Shown: in pieces, positions 43,546 to 58,324 of the stretch
Position numbering within the stretch: position 1 is the first letter of the stretch
Layout: each line of letters opens with the position of its first letter
Notes under the pieces: model-generated
What the model was told of the DNA's origin: nothing
Database searches by the model: none
What the model saw: the letters and a program-made list of their open reading frames with translations, nothing else
Translations under genes and position numbers: made by a program
NCBI RefSeq assembly: GCF_009914755.1
Contig: NC_060927.1
Length of the DNA: 64,000 bases
Reading direction: 5' to 3' (one strand)
Source: the human T2T-CHM13v2.0 reference genome, Homo sapiens

Positions 43546-45539
43546 CTGGCTTTCTTTCTTTCTGTCTTTTTTAAATCAGAGCTAGCAACAAAGATCCCAC
43601 ATTTCCATTAAGCAATTGCTGGCTAAAGCTGAGCTATTTCAGTTATGTCATCTCTCTGGCCCCTGAGGCAAGAAGGTCTGAGACCTCTGTTGTAATGGGT
43701 TTCATCTATTTAAACAATGACTTGGAAGTAATTGTTTGGGTAATAATGATGTGTCAAGATTACTTGGAATTTTCTAAACTGTAAAATCCACTTAGAATAA
43801 GAAAAGCATAAGCTAGTATATGACAGATCTGTTGTTCCCTATAGAAAAATTATGGAATTTTCTAAAAAGTGGAAATGTATAGATTATCACATGAGCTTCT
43901 ACTGAATTACCAGCCAGTGAATATGCAAGAGGTAGCAGAGAGCTGTGCCGGGAATCAGAGTGCTGAAATTGTATTTCTAGTCCAACCTTTAGCTATCTGG
44001 GTGACTTCAGAATAGTCTCTTTAATTTCTTGGGCTACAGTTTTATTATTATTATAACACTAGGGATTGATGTAGCCAATGTTCCCTAACGAGTTTTTCTT
44101 AAAACACCCATATCTTAAAAAAAATCACTGTGAAAATAGGGTTCCATTTGGGAATGCTGTGTCCTTTATCTATCTGGCTTTGGAGGACAATCCTTGAACA
44201 TTGGTATATTCAGGAGAGGTCCTATAGGGACTGAAACTTGGCTAACTTTGTTTAATCTAGTGCATTTTTCAAATTTACTTGACAAAAACAGCATATTTCT
44301 GAAAGACAGCATCTATTAACATGGCTCAGAACTTACATCCTGTGGCACACACTTTGACGAGTCGCAGCTACCCTGAAATCCATTCAGCCTGAGGATCCAA
44401 TGGTCCTGTGAAGATTTTTAAGTATAGTTTTAGAACTTCAGGATTTTGCATTTCAGGATGTTTATAATTAATTCTTTTGCATTTTATCCATTTTTTTTTC
44501 CCTGGAGATAGAAGTCTGTTTTTCTCCCTTAAGGTAACTGTGAAACAAATTAGCAATGGAAAGTATATTCTCTCTGCATTATCTGAATTTGATTTTCCAA
44601 GGTTTTCCTTCCTTCTCTAAATATAATGGGTGCTAATCCCTTCCAAAGTGACCATTATGCTGCTAAAATATTGAAGTCTGGCAAAGGCAGAGCTGTTGTG
44701 GAAACATTAAGAAAACATAATTACCGTACAATGGCACTGCCTAATTTGCATATTGTTGAAATGCATCTTGACCAGAGAAGACACAATTCTCAGAAAATAT
44801 TTTCTGTGTCATAATTTCTTTCCCCTTTGTTTTTCTTATACACCTGGGGCTGATCAGAAAGCTTTATTACACAAAGTTGAAATAAATCAAGATTTTTAAA
44901 AATCTACTTTCCATGAATGAGGCAAGTTTAATCTTTTATGGTACCTCAGGGGTGAGTTTGGGAGCCCTGAAAAATATAGCTCCTTCTGGAGCACTAAATT
45001 CCTTGAAAGAGCTGATGACAATGCTATTTCCTTCCAGATGATGCGACAATGCACACAGGCAGAAAGGAATTAGCCTGTGAGCCTATTTCACCACATATTA
45101 AGCTAACCATTCAGCGTTATAAGGATGAATGTAGATTTATATCTTTAAAACAGTCTGAATGGGAACATTCAAATTCTTCATATAGAGCTCTATTTTTTTT
45201 CCAACAAAGGCAGAGGTTGCTGCAGGTATTCTTTTCAGTGTTGAACTCAACTCTCCTTGTTGCCATTTTTAAAGAGCTCGATGGCAAGGGATTTGGGATT
45301 GACAGCAAGTGACTTCTTACAGTGCTTTAGTTCACTTTTGGCAGAACAGAGGATTACTCTCTGCTTAGAAAGAGACTTGAGTCTAGCATTTAAAAAGGAT
45401 TTTGATAGTAATAAACCACAGATCGGGAGTCCAGACCATTAAGATAAAATTTGATGGGGATGCATATATAGTCTTTTACTAAAGCTCGGAGAAATAAATT
45501 GCACAAATGCATGATGGGTATCTGGACCAGGGAATTTCA

Positions 45540-46250
45540 GTTAATCACACGCTCATTGCAAGCCAGCAAGTTGTTAGGTTTTATTAATAAAAACACAATA
45601 TTTAACACAATATGGGAGGTTTCTGTCCCATTACCATCTACACTGGTCAGTCCAGATCTAGACTACTAATTTAATCCCAAGTGCCATATTTTCATGGGAA
45701 CAGTGATAAATCAGAGAGTATATAGAAGAGGTTTGTATTAGTCTGTTTTCACACTGCTGATAAAGGCATACCAGAGACTGGGCAATTTACAAAAGAAAGA
45801 TGTTTATTGGACTTATAGTTCCACAAGGCTGGGGAGGCCTCACAATCACGGCAGAAGGCAAGGAGGAGCAAGCCACATCTTACGTGGATGGCAGCAGGAA
45901 AAGAGAGAGCTTGTGCAGGGAAATTCACATTTTTAAAACCATCAGATCTCGTGAGACCCATTCACTATCATGAGAACTCATGGGAAAGACCCACCCCCAT
46001 AATTCAATCATTTCCCACTGGGTCCCTTCCACAACACACGGGAATTATGGCAGCTACAAGATAAGATTTGGGTGGGGACATAGAGCCAAATCATATCAAG
46101 GTTGATGGGGTGAGTGAGAATTTGGGAGTGTGAACCCTCTAAGGCAGAGATTGGGCCTTGATTATCTTTGTCTATCCACTAGCTGGTTGCTTGGAAGAAC
46201 TGAGAATGTATGGGCCCAAAAAGAAAAGGATTAAGAGAGAAGTAATAGCT
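45540..46250 (+). mobile_element. CR1/L3 fragment split by THE1
   Basis: ctacactggtcagtccagatctagact...gtgccatattt before THE1; gaagaactgagaatgtat...aagaaaaggattaagag after. Confidence 0.5.
45734..46098 (-). mobile_element. THE1 (C/D-like) MaLR solo LTR
   Basis: tgtattagtctgttttcacactgctgataaagg...ccaaatcatatca; 5-bp TSD AGGTT. Confidence 0.93.
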
Positions 46251-46342
46251 GGCTGCTATGTGGAAGAAGGTAATTTTCTTGCTTTAGAAAAAACAGAGCT
46301 GAGAGTTGCAGATTATTGCTATGTGATGCTATAGAATATTAC

Positions 46343-46636
46343 TTTTTTTTCTGACATGAGATTCTCACTCTGTCACCCAGGCTGGAGTGCAGTGGCATGA
46401 TCTTGACTTACTACAGCCTTGGCCTCCTGGGCTCAAGTGATCTTCCTTGAGAAGCTGGGATTACAGGTATGAACCACCATGCCCAGCTACTTTTTGAATT
46501 TTTTTTTTTTTTTTACTGTGAAGCTGAAGTCTTGCTATATTGCCCAGGCTGGTCTCAAACTCCTGGCCTCAAGTGATTCTCCCACGTAAGCCTCTCAAGT
46601 AGTTGGGATTATAGGTGTGAACCACCGCACCTGGTC
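46343..46636 (-). mobile_element. AluJ-type SINE
   Basis: Reverse-complement Alu with expanded middle T tract. Confidence 0.9.
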
Positions 46637-46651
46637 AAATATTATATTTGA

Positions 46652-46951
46652 TTTTTGTTTTTATCTTTTGAGACAAAGTCTCACTCTGTCACCCAGGCTG
46701 GGGTGCAGTGGCACAATCATGGCTCACTGCAGCCTTGATCTCCTGGGCTTTGTAATCCTCCCACCCTCGGCTTCCTGAGTAACTGGGATTACAGGCATGT
46801 GCCAGCACGCCCAGTTAATTTTGTATTTTTTTTTAAGAGACGGGGTTTCACTGTGTTGCCAGACAGATCTTGAACTCCTGGGCTCGAGCAATTGGGCTGC
46901 CTTGGCCTCACAAAGTGCTGGGATTACAGGCATGAGCCACTGTGCCCAGCC
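46652..46951 (-). mobile_element. AluJ-type SINE (tandem with the previous one)
   Basis: gagacaaagtctcactct...gtgcccagcc. Confidence 0.92.
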
Positions 46952-47872
46952 CAAATATTATGCTTTAAATAAGAATGTCCAGTGCTAGACGTGAACTCAG
47001 ACTTGACTAAAATTTTCCACTCTCATTTTTGCCCTATTGTCTGCCAAAGTCTGTGATGTTTCTCAAGGCAAAAAGACTTTAAATGGATTTTCATGAATTG
47101 ATGTAGATGTATAAAATGACTTTCAGGATTTCTTCCTCTTCCTGTTGCTTCAACTCAATGTTGTGGAATATCTCTTATTATTTTCTACATATCTCTCTTC
47201 TTCTATCTGCAAACAACTCCAATGATAAGCAAAATTTGGACGGTCAAATCACCACAAGCCAAATTAATCAGTGATATTGTATATCTAGGAACACCAAAGA
47301 ATGAGATGAGGCTCCTTATATGACTCTCCCTTCATGCCCTTTTCTATGTGGATTGTTATGGTGAATGGGGGAAAGCTATTGTAATATTGTAAAATTTCCA
47401 ATTAAAATTATTTCTTATTTTAAACAAGATTTTTAACAAAGCTTTTCCTCCCCAGTGGGAATGGATTTGAGCTAGGGATGATTCTTACTGCATGAGAATG
47501 CCATGCGTTAATAAAGTCTTTCAAGATAACTTCCAAATAGTTGTTATCTTATTTTTAAGTAATCTAGGTGTTCAAAGGGCCGCAACCACAAGAAGATGGA
47601 TGTGGGAAGGCTGGTATGTATGTGTATGGAGGTGTCCATAGCTGTAACACAAAAAACCCATAGGAGGAAGCTAATGGTTCTAGAGCTTCTGAACAATTAG
47701 AATAGTCCAATAATGTCAGGGTAGTGTTCTCCTGACCCTGGAAATCTTCAAAGGGCTTGAAAAGCTAGCCATAGCAGTGAGGAGTCTCATAATGTAAGGA
47801 ATGTCAGACTACTGAACTGTTTCTCAATTTCCTATTAGTCCAAATCACTAACAAGCAATAATCGATTGATCA

Positions 47873-48196
<324 letters not shown>

Positions 48197-49332
48197 AACA
48201 CAGAAAGTGTAGGAGTCCCTCTAGTTGCCACCCATATAGTAAACCAATTTTCCAGTCCAATGCCAATGGCCAGTTCCATCTGTCTCTCTAATCCTTAGAG
48301 AAACATCTATGATAACATAACCCAGAAAGAAGAAAGACTGGGATTGCTTTATAATAGGAACCAATTACCTTCTACCCTCTAGAGAGCAGAGTTTCTGGAA
48401 ACAGACAGAAAAATTGTTGGGGGGCAGGATGAGATTCAGCAAGCATTTATTCAGCTTCACTTTGTATCAGGGACTATACTAGAAACTTCAGGAGATAAAC
48501 AGAAGAATGTAGAGTCCCTAACCTCTAGGGCACAACGGTCTACTTGAGGAGATAGACACACAGGAAGCGAAATCATCTCTAATTATTCAGCTTTGCCTCC
48601 TCCTTGCCCTTTCCTCCATCTTGACTAGTTCGAATTTGTACCTCTGGACCAACTGTCTCCTACGTGGCCTTCAAATCTCCAAACTTTCCATTTCTAATAC
48701 TTTTAACACTCCGCTGCCACTACTCTCATCATGTTTCTCACACTGGAAAACTTATTCTAACTTCCCGTATGCTTCTCAAAATCATCCAAAACCCTAAGCA
48801 TGGCATTCAAGCCTTGCAATTATCTACTTCAAATTTTTTTCTACCACCACCTATGAATGCAGTCTGTGATATTATTTGGATACATGCAACACGTGGCCAT
48901 CTCCCAGTCTTTTCTGATTGTTTCCCCTGGCTGAACCCTCTGGCTCACTATCTTTCATGTCCAGTTCAAATTCCATTTTCTCCAAGAGGATGATCTCAGC
49001 TCTCTCACCTGGAAGTACCTACTCCCATGTTTTCAATGACCAGCAGTACTTGATCGTCTTTCTCTTACCGCATTTTCACAATGTAGCTTGAAATGTATTT
49101 ATGTGTAGGGTAAAATCAAAAGAAAAGTTGTTTGAACTTTAAAAGAGTATTTAGCAAACAAGAAAAGAAAAAACACAAGTGATCTTTTTTAAAATTTGGA
49201 TAGAGCAGACTATTTTACTTGCCGTTCCATTCAATGGGTATATGCTCTGGAACAAGCCCAAGGTGGGATATAAAAGTAACCTGCTATACCCTTAATTAGT
49301 GCCAGTTCCCAGGGTCTTGCTTTTAGGACATG

Positions 49333-49992
<660 letters not shown>

Positions 49993-51514
49993 ACATGTCA
50001 TAATATAAACATGTATCTGTAAACACTAGTCCCACATGGTTGACTGAGAAGTTCCCATAGAGGAACTATAGAGGCAGGCATATGGCTTAGGCTGGACCAA
50101 AGATAGGTCCTACCACAGAGATAGCACTGAAGGTCACCTAATTCAATTTCATTTTCCTCTTCCTGGGCAAATAAAAAAATAGCAAGCAAGTTAACTCCTT
50201 CATATAGTGCTCAAAGAACTGATGGTCCATTCCAACCACTGGAAAAACTGGCTTTGTTGGGCTTTTTGAGCAAGATATCTTGGTTTTAACATGGACAAGA
50301 CCTTTCCGGGAAACCTCAAGAAGAATGCTGGCTTTGGAATGTAGTCTCTGTGAACTAGGTAACTCCAGGATACGTGTCTTATCTCCTCAACTGGAATACG
50401 ACTCTTGAGTTTTGGAACCATGCCTCCGTCACAATAATACCCAGTGCACTTTGGACACTTAATAGGTATCTACCAGATGAGGGAGTGAACAAACCCTGAA
50501 TTGTGAAGATGCTACAGTTAGGTACATACCCTTTGATCTTTTTGAAATTTTAAATTCCAGGAATAACAATATCTTGAAACTGGCCATCCATACTCTGTCA
50601 CACAAAATCCACCTGAGATATTTGTAAAGTGGTTAGTCCAAGACTAGGATCTCAGCCATGGCCACAGAGTAAGAGTGAGACTAACTCCCCTCCTTTCCCC
50701 GCAACTGCCTCCCTGTGAGGGGTAACTAGTTGTCTTTATTTCCTGAGAAGAATGCGTTAATAAAAGGGGCTGACACCCATTTTCCTGACAGATATACAAC
50801 TTACAGACAACATAAGTGCCAAAATACCTAAAGGAGTTGGTGGTCTAATCAAGACAGACTGCAAAAGCTGCATTCCATAGGTGCTGTTTTTTTTCTGCTC
50901 TAAGAGGTACGATGCATCACGTAAAACTGATTCATGTTAATGATGAAGAACATGGCACAGCTGATGGCTGTTCTCTTATTTACCAACCTGTGGATCAGCC
51001 ACTTGTCATTCGAATACTCAAAGTAGGCTGTATTGCAAATGGGATGAAATCACCCACGCCATATCTCAGTTAAGAATAAGAGATCGTCAACTCATTGAAA
51101 ATGTATGAAAATAAATCCACCTGATACATACATATTTTTGACCTGTTCCAACGGGACATGATAAAAATGTCTCTGAGTAAATTTTATTGCTGATGGAAAG
51201 CAGAGGATGATAGCCTATGGGGCAGGTTTGCAGAACACATAGCCCATAGGTTATGTCTCCTCTCCACTGCAAATACCTCTCCTTTTTTTAACCCTCTGAT
51301 CTATTCAGTTGAATCATAGAGTGTTAGAGTTGAAGGGGTCTATTATATCCTTTTCCAAGATTTTGAGCCTGAAATCCACAAACTTTATAGGTCTTGAAGC
51401 CTCTAAAACGTTCTTCAACATTTCTTTGGCTAAAAGCTTCTATTAAGACTTTCAAAGAGGTTCTGAGCCTCTAAATCACAAGCATGCACGTGCACGCGCG
51501 CACACACACACACA

Positions 51515-52905
51515 CATTTTAAATTGTGGTAAATACCCATAACCTAAAATGTACCATCTTAACCATTTTTAAGTGTATGGTTCAGAGTGTTAAGTACATT
51601 CACATTGCTGTTCAACCGTTACCACTACCCATCTCCAGAACTATTTTCATCTTGCAAAACTGAAACTCTGTACTCATTAAAAAATAACTCCCCATTTCCC
51701 CCTTCTGTTAGCCCATGGCACCTACTATTGTACTTTGTGTCTCTGTGATGTTGCCTCTCCTAGGTTACCTCATATATGTGGAATAATATCTTGTCTTTTT
51801 TTGAATGGCTTATTTCACTTAGCATAATATCCTCAAAGTTTATCCATGTTGTAGTATGTGTCAGAATTTCCTTCCTTTTTGTGGATGAATAATATTCTAT
51901 TGTAAGCATATGCCACATTTTGTTTATCCATTTACCTTTTTATGGACACTTGGATTGCTTCCAGCTTTTAAATATTATGAATAATTCTGCTATGAACATG
52001 GGCACGAAGATATTTATTTGAGGACCTGCTTTCAATTCTTTCGGGTACACTCATACACAAGTGGAATTACTGGATCATATGGTGATTTTAACTTCTTAAA
52101 AGAACGGCCCCATGCTTTTTTTCATAGCGACTGCACCATTTTCACTTCTACCAACAGTGCGCAAGTGTTCCAATTTCTACATATCCTCACCAACACTAGT
52201 TTTTTTTTTGCTGTTTTTCTTTTATTTTAAATGACAGTAGCTATCTTAATAGGCGTAGGTGGTTGGTATTGTATTGTGGTTTTGATTTGCGTTTCTCTAA
52301 TGATTAATGGTATGGAGAATCTTTTCATGTGCTTGTTGGCCATTTGTGTATCTTCTCTGGAGAAATATCTATTAAGTCTTTTGTCCATTTTTCAATCATA
52401 TTATTTATTTTTGTTGAACTTTAGAAGTTCTTTTATATACTCTGGATATGAACCCCATATTGGATATGTGATTTACACACATTTTTCTCCCATTCTGCTA
52501 GGTTGTCTTTTCCCTCTGTTGATTTTGCCTTTTGATCCACAGCTTTTAAATTTTGATGTAGTTTATCCATTTTTACCTTTGTTGCCTGTACTTTTATATT
52601 TCATATTTGTATTTCATACCCAAGAAATAATTTCCAAATTCAAAGTCAAGAAGCTTTTCCCTTATGTTTTTGTCTAAGAGTTGTATGGTTTTAGCTCTTA
52701 CATTCATGTCTTTGAGCTGTTTTCAGTTATTTTTGTACATTATGTAAGGGTCCAATTTCATTCTTTTGCATATGGATACCCAGACTTCCCAGTGCCTTTT
52801 TTTTTTGAAAAGATTGTCCTTTCCTCCATTGAATGGTCTTGGCACCCTTGTCAAAATGAGTTGACTATATATGGAGAGTTTATTTCTGGGCCTTCTATTC
52901 TACCC
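51515..52905 (-). mobile_element. L1MB-like fragment (ORF2 end plus 3' UTR)
   Basis: aaaatgtaccatcttaaccatttttaagtgta...ttcatgtgcttgttggccatttgtgtatcttc...ttgaatggtcttggcacccttgtcaaaa. Confidence 0.88.
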
Positions 52906-53920
52906 AAAATAACAACCTTTGAAGTTGGTTTTGACACTTTACACGTAAAGAAATAGATTCCTGAAGCAGGGGGCTCTATTGTAAATCATTCTCTGTAAGA
53001 GAAGACATACAGGACCAGAGCTCAAGTCTCCTGATTCCTAGGTCGCTGTGCCTCCCTTAGTGATCCACTGCAATTCCACCTTGCAGAGTAAACAGGGGTT
53101 ATTTCTTAGGATTATGCATTTTTCTCATTCTCCTTTTGTAATAAAGCCAAAGTCTTGACCACAGAGAAGGGTACATGGCTTAGGCTCGGTCAAATTAGTG
53201 CTTATTGTGGGGATTGTGTCCTAGAATAAACAAATTTATTTTTCCCCCTCTTCCTGGGCATAGAATAACTGCATTATTTTCTAGCTTCTCTTACTGTAAG
53301 GTGGGGCCATGTTATTTGGTGGGATATGGATAGAAATGGTATATGCAACTTCCAGGCATGCCCTTTAAGACACCCTTTATATACTTACAACTTTTTTCTC
53401 ACATCCTGGGACCTTGCAGGTCAGATACTTAGACCAAGTGTCATAGAAGAAGGAACTCTAGATTCTAAGTCACTTAATGCAGGAGAGCCCTTTCTGTTAG
53501 GCACTATATGCACTGGTGTTTGTGTGCTTTGAAATAAAGTTTGATCTTCTAAACCATGGAGAGTTGGGGGGCTGTTACCACAGTCTAGCCAGGGCTGTCT
53601 TTGTGGTAACATAGTGCCCTACTCTCCTGAGAACACTGTTCATTCCAAGGGTGGGCATATAATATAAAGACAGCCAGGCAGAATCCTTCTTTGTAGTACC
53701 ACACAGCTTTGTTGCAGTAACAAACAACCTTAATAATTTGGTGGGATCAAAACCACAAACATGTACTTTTCTTTCGTGTAACACATCAGCAGGTTTATGT
53801 TGCTGCTGTAGCTGCATTTACCTTTTTATTATGGGGGCCAGGCCAGTGGAGCATCCTCTATAAGGGGCCTGCCTGGTCTTGTGGCAGAGGAGAAAAGCTA
53901 GAGGACTGGTGGAACACTGG

Positions 53921-54325
53921 TGTATTAGTCTTTTCTCACCCTGCTATAAAGATACTACCCAAGAATGGATAATTTATAAACAAAGGAGGTTTAATTGACT
54001 TACAGTTCTGCATGGCTGGAGAGGTCTCAGGAAACTTACAATCATGGCAGAAGGCGAAGAGGAAGCAAGGACTTTCTTCACGTGGTGGCAGAAGACAGCA
54101 TGTGTGGAAAGCAAAGGGGGAAGAGCCCCTTAAAACCATCAGATCTTGTGAGAACTCACTCACTATCACAAGAACGGCAGTGGGGATCCATGATCCAATC
54201 ACCTCCCATCAGGTCTCTCCCTCAACAATATATGATTACATTTCAAGATGGGGGATTACATTTCAAGATGGAGGATTACAATTCAAGATGAAATTTGGGT
54301 GGGGAAACAAAGCCTAACCATATCA
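53921..54325 (-). mobile_element. MST (MaLR) solo LTR
   Basis: tgtattagtc...tgctataaagatactaccc...catggctggagaggtctcaggaaacttacaatcatggcagaaggcgaa...aaccatatca. Confidence 0.9.
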
Positions 54326-54339
54326 ACTAAGATGCCGTG

Positions 54340-54782
54340 TACTCCTAATCTCGCCCTTACTACTTCTCCTGTTCACTCCACTCCTGCCACACTAGCCTTC
54401 ATGGTATTTCTGAGAAATACTTGATGCACTCACACCTCAGAGCCTTTGCACTTCTGGCCCTCATGCTTGTACCTCTGTTTCCCAGGAGCATTTACTTCTT
54501 TTTTTCTTTGTGATCTTTGCTCAAGACTGCCCTTATCAGAGAGACCTTCTCTGACCCCATTATATAAAATAAGTTCTCCCCATTCCAATCACATCTCCAT
54601 TCCATGACTGTGTTCTGCTTATTTTTGTCAGAGCATTTGTAACCCCTGACATGTTGTATATTTATTGTTTGTTTCTGTAAAGGAATGACAGTGGGGACTT
54701 GGTTTTGTAAACTCCTTTACCCACCTTTTTTGGAACATGGTAGATGCTTAGTATCTGTCTGTTGTAAAAATGAATATATGAA
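54340..54782 (+). mobile_element. L2 LINE 3' fragment
   Basis: cctcagagcctttgcactt...gagaccttctctgacc...catggtagatgcttagta...tgaat. Confidence 0.65.
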
Positions 54783-57657
54783 TGCATACAATTGATATAG
54801 GGATTAATTCAAACCACATAATGTCTGTAAAATGCATAGTGCTAGACTATGGACATAGTAGATGTAACTCTACTTATTATTGCAAGCTATGTGTAGGCTG
54901 TGCCTTACCTGCATTCATGATCATTCACAAAGCAGAGGCCAATCTGGGAGAATTTGGGAGTAAGGCTTGACCTTTCTTATCAGGACCTCTCCAGTGGCTT
55001 GTTTAGACAGTAAGTAATGAAAATATCAGGTAGAGACACACCTGAAAGAGGATTACTGAATTCTAACAGGATGGCTGAAAATAGACAAAAATCCCCCAAA
55101 TCTATCCTTTAGAGATAACAGGCAGCAACCACTACAGAGCACAGGTGAGGAAAGAGCCAGAATTGTGAACAAGCTTCACAGTGAGAATGATTTCCACAGA
55201 CTGAGGCTGGGGCTGACTGCAGGCCAGGGGTGGTGGTGGTGGTCATCATCATTTAGAATCTGTGAGCTTCAGAAAGGCTTCTCCTTCTCCCCTTCATCCC
55301 CATCAACAGTAAAATTCCAGTGGTCCTAGTTGTAATATATTCTGAGATTTCATCAGAGCAGCACACAGAAATAGCAAGGGGCAAAGTGGCGATCTCATCA
55401 GAGAATCTATTATATATACCCTCACACAGACAGCCTATTGCACATTCTTTGATGACCACACAGGGATATTGTTTACACAGAGCTGCTTTATTCTAGCAGA
55501 GATCCCCCTGAAGAGCTGCAGGAGCCATTTACAGGCTGACAGCAGCAACCACTAAGGCGAAAATCATAGCCACCTCTAATCTGCTTCCTACTCTCTCCCA
55601 CTTGGTCCTTCCTTCCCTGGCCTTCTCTGGGTGGCTGCTTTTGCATGCATTTGTGTTACCACCTGCATTTGCCTCTCCTTTCTCAGACTCCCTTCTTCTC
55701 CCCTCATTTCACTTTTCCTTCTCTCTGCCTCTTTCATCACCTAGTATTTACCCAGTACCTAATGCTTGTTAGATGCTGAGGTTGCCCATGTGGCTATGAT
55801 GAAGATGGCAGGAGCCTGCTTCCTGTCCTCATGGAGCTGATGGTCAGTTGCTGAGTGTGTGTCTTCCAGGGAACCGAAGAGGAGGCAGGAGAGCTGAACT
55901 GTGATTTTCAGGGGAGGTGGGGAGTTAGGGAGCTATCTGGAGAGGCATTTGAAGGATGAATTTGGATTTGAAGACATGAGATGGGCAGAGCCTTTGAACA
56001 GGAAAGGCTAAAAACCCACAAAAGCCTGAAGCTGGGTAACTGCCAGAGAATAGAGAGCAGCTAAGTGTAACTTCACAGTAGCTGTCTGGTATACCTACTG
56101 TATGTCAGGCATGTGCTTAGGCACGTGACATAGAAAATCTCATTTAATCCTTGTTTAAGACTATGATGAGTAATTCTCCTTTACAGATGGAGAAATGGAG
56201 GCTGAAATAAATTGTGTAACCTTATCCCACAACTAGTTAGTGGTCGAATTAGAATTTAAACACAGATTCTTAACCACTAGGTTTTACTACCTCTTGAGGG
56301 GAATAGCAAGAAATCTGTTTACAGCAAAGAAGTGACAGCCAGATAGTGAAGGGTCTTGGATGCCGGTGGAGTTCCCAGTTTCCTCAGTAAGTGATGGTTA
56401 TGGGTGGAGTGGGGCTCTGAAAATGTTGAAGCAAGGCATGAATACATGGTTTCATTTAATCTTTGTCTTACCTGAGTATAAATAGGCAAACACACACAAA
56501 TTAAACTCCCTCACCAAGGTTAACTTTCTCCTGTCCTTTGCATCATCCTACACATCACTGATGATGAAGATAGTTCTGTCTGAGCTGTTTCGTGTCTTTC
56601 TATTTCACATCTCCTTCCTAGTGTCTTGATTACTGTTCGATACTGTGACAAGGGTGTTTTAATACAGCTAATTATAACAAGGTTCTAAAAATCCATATTT
56701 AATCCATATTGGCTGTTGCAGATCCTGTGGTGCTGGTTTGTTTTCTTTCTAGTGCATTATTTAGCAATGAAGAAATTTTCTGGCTCAGAAATTGTGGGCT
56801 CATTATCATTTTCATAGTTATATGGTAAACATATTCCCAAATTGCGATGTTAAATTTTCTAAGAGTCCCCAGGAATTTCATTTTCTTTAAAAATTTGCTT
56901 ATTACTCATTCATTAAATAGATTATCCTGAAGTAGATAATACCATCTCTCGTGAATGCAAGTTTCATTACCTTTCCTTGAGGTTAATAGATGAAGGTCAG
57001 ATATAAACATGCCAAAGAGCTTTTAACTCTCTTGGTTACTGGCTGTATTTTAAAATATTCCACTCAAGTTTTGATTTGGGACTTGACCTCTGAGATCTTC
57101 AGTGTAGCCCCCAAGGTAGAATGCTAAATAAATGATCAGTCTGTCTTCAGGGAATTGGGACTTACTGTCAACAGTTTCACACATTCTAAAGATTTCTTTA
57201 CTTGGGAAGAGGAAGAAGGTACTAGTTTGTTCTTATCATGATCAAAGAGGCAAATGTTTCCATTTAAGCTTAAATCAGGTTAAGATAGCATGAAGCCTCC
57301 TCATGATGAGCATATAAAAGGAGGAGGGAAGGAAGTTGAAAATAAGTAAATATATCCAGGATAATTCTTAAGCTCTAAATGTAAGAGAGATACTTGTGTT
57401 GCCTTTCCTTCTTTTCATTTCTGGCAGGTCCCCAAATTCTCTGGGTTTAAGGTCATGAGACTGCAAATAAACAGTCTGACAATTATATATACAGTAGTCT
57501 AGGGGGAAAATCTTCTGGTTTTAAGATTTGTGGTGTGCACTTCCCCAACATTGGTGGAATATCCCTGATGACACACCACCTTGGTAGGTGAAGCATATCT
57601 ATTTTCTGCATTAATTCATGTATTGATTCATATTCTTCATCCCTACTACAAGATAAC

Positions 57658-58324
57658 TGGGATGGTTAATTTTGCATGTTGACTAGACTGGGCGACAAGA
57701 TGCCCAGATAGCTGGTCAGACATAATTTCTTGATGTGTCTGTGAGGGTGCTTCTAGAAGAGATTGGCATTTGAACAGTGGACTCAGTAGCTAGCCCTCCC
57801 CTATGTGGGCAGCCTCATCCAATCTGTTGGGGGCCTAAATAGAACAAATACATGGAGGAATGGAGGACTCATTTATTCTCTCTTACTGTTAGAGGGATAT
57901 CGATCTTTTCCTGCTGTCAACACTCCTGGTTCTCAGGTCTTCAGATTGAACTTGAACTTACACCATCAGCTCTCCAATTCTCAAGTCTTCAGACTCAGGA
58001 CTGGAACTATACCACTGGCTTTCCTCAGCTTACAGCTTGCAGACAGCAGCTCTTGGGATTTCTTAGCCTCCATAATCACATGAGCCAATCACTTATAATA
58101 AATCCTCCCCCTCTCCATATAGATAGATAGGGATGGAGATATAGGTACATATATATGTACACATACACACAGATATATACATATACACACTATATACATA
58201 TATATGTGTGCATATATATATGTGTATATATATGTGTGTGTGTGTATGTATGTGTATATATATATATATATATATATAAAATCACCTATTGGTTCTGTTT
58301 CTCTGGAGAACCCTGACTAATACA
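57658..58324 (+). mobile_element. MLT2 (ERVL) solo LTR with internal TA/CA microsatellite
   Basis: gatggttaatttt...gatgcccagatagctgg...attggttctgtttctctggagaaccctgactaataca. Confidence 0.9.

Noticed and set aside
52018-52956. Hydrophobic ORFs resembling membrane proteins
   Set aside because: Antisense reading of a T-rich L1MB fragment.
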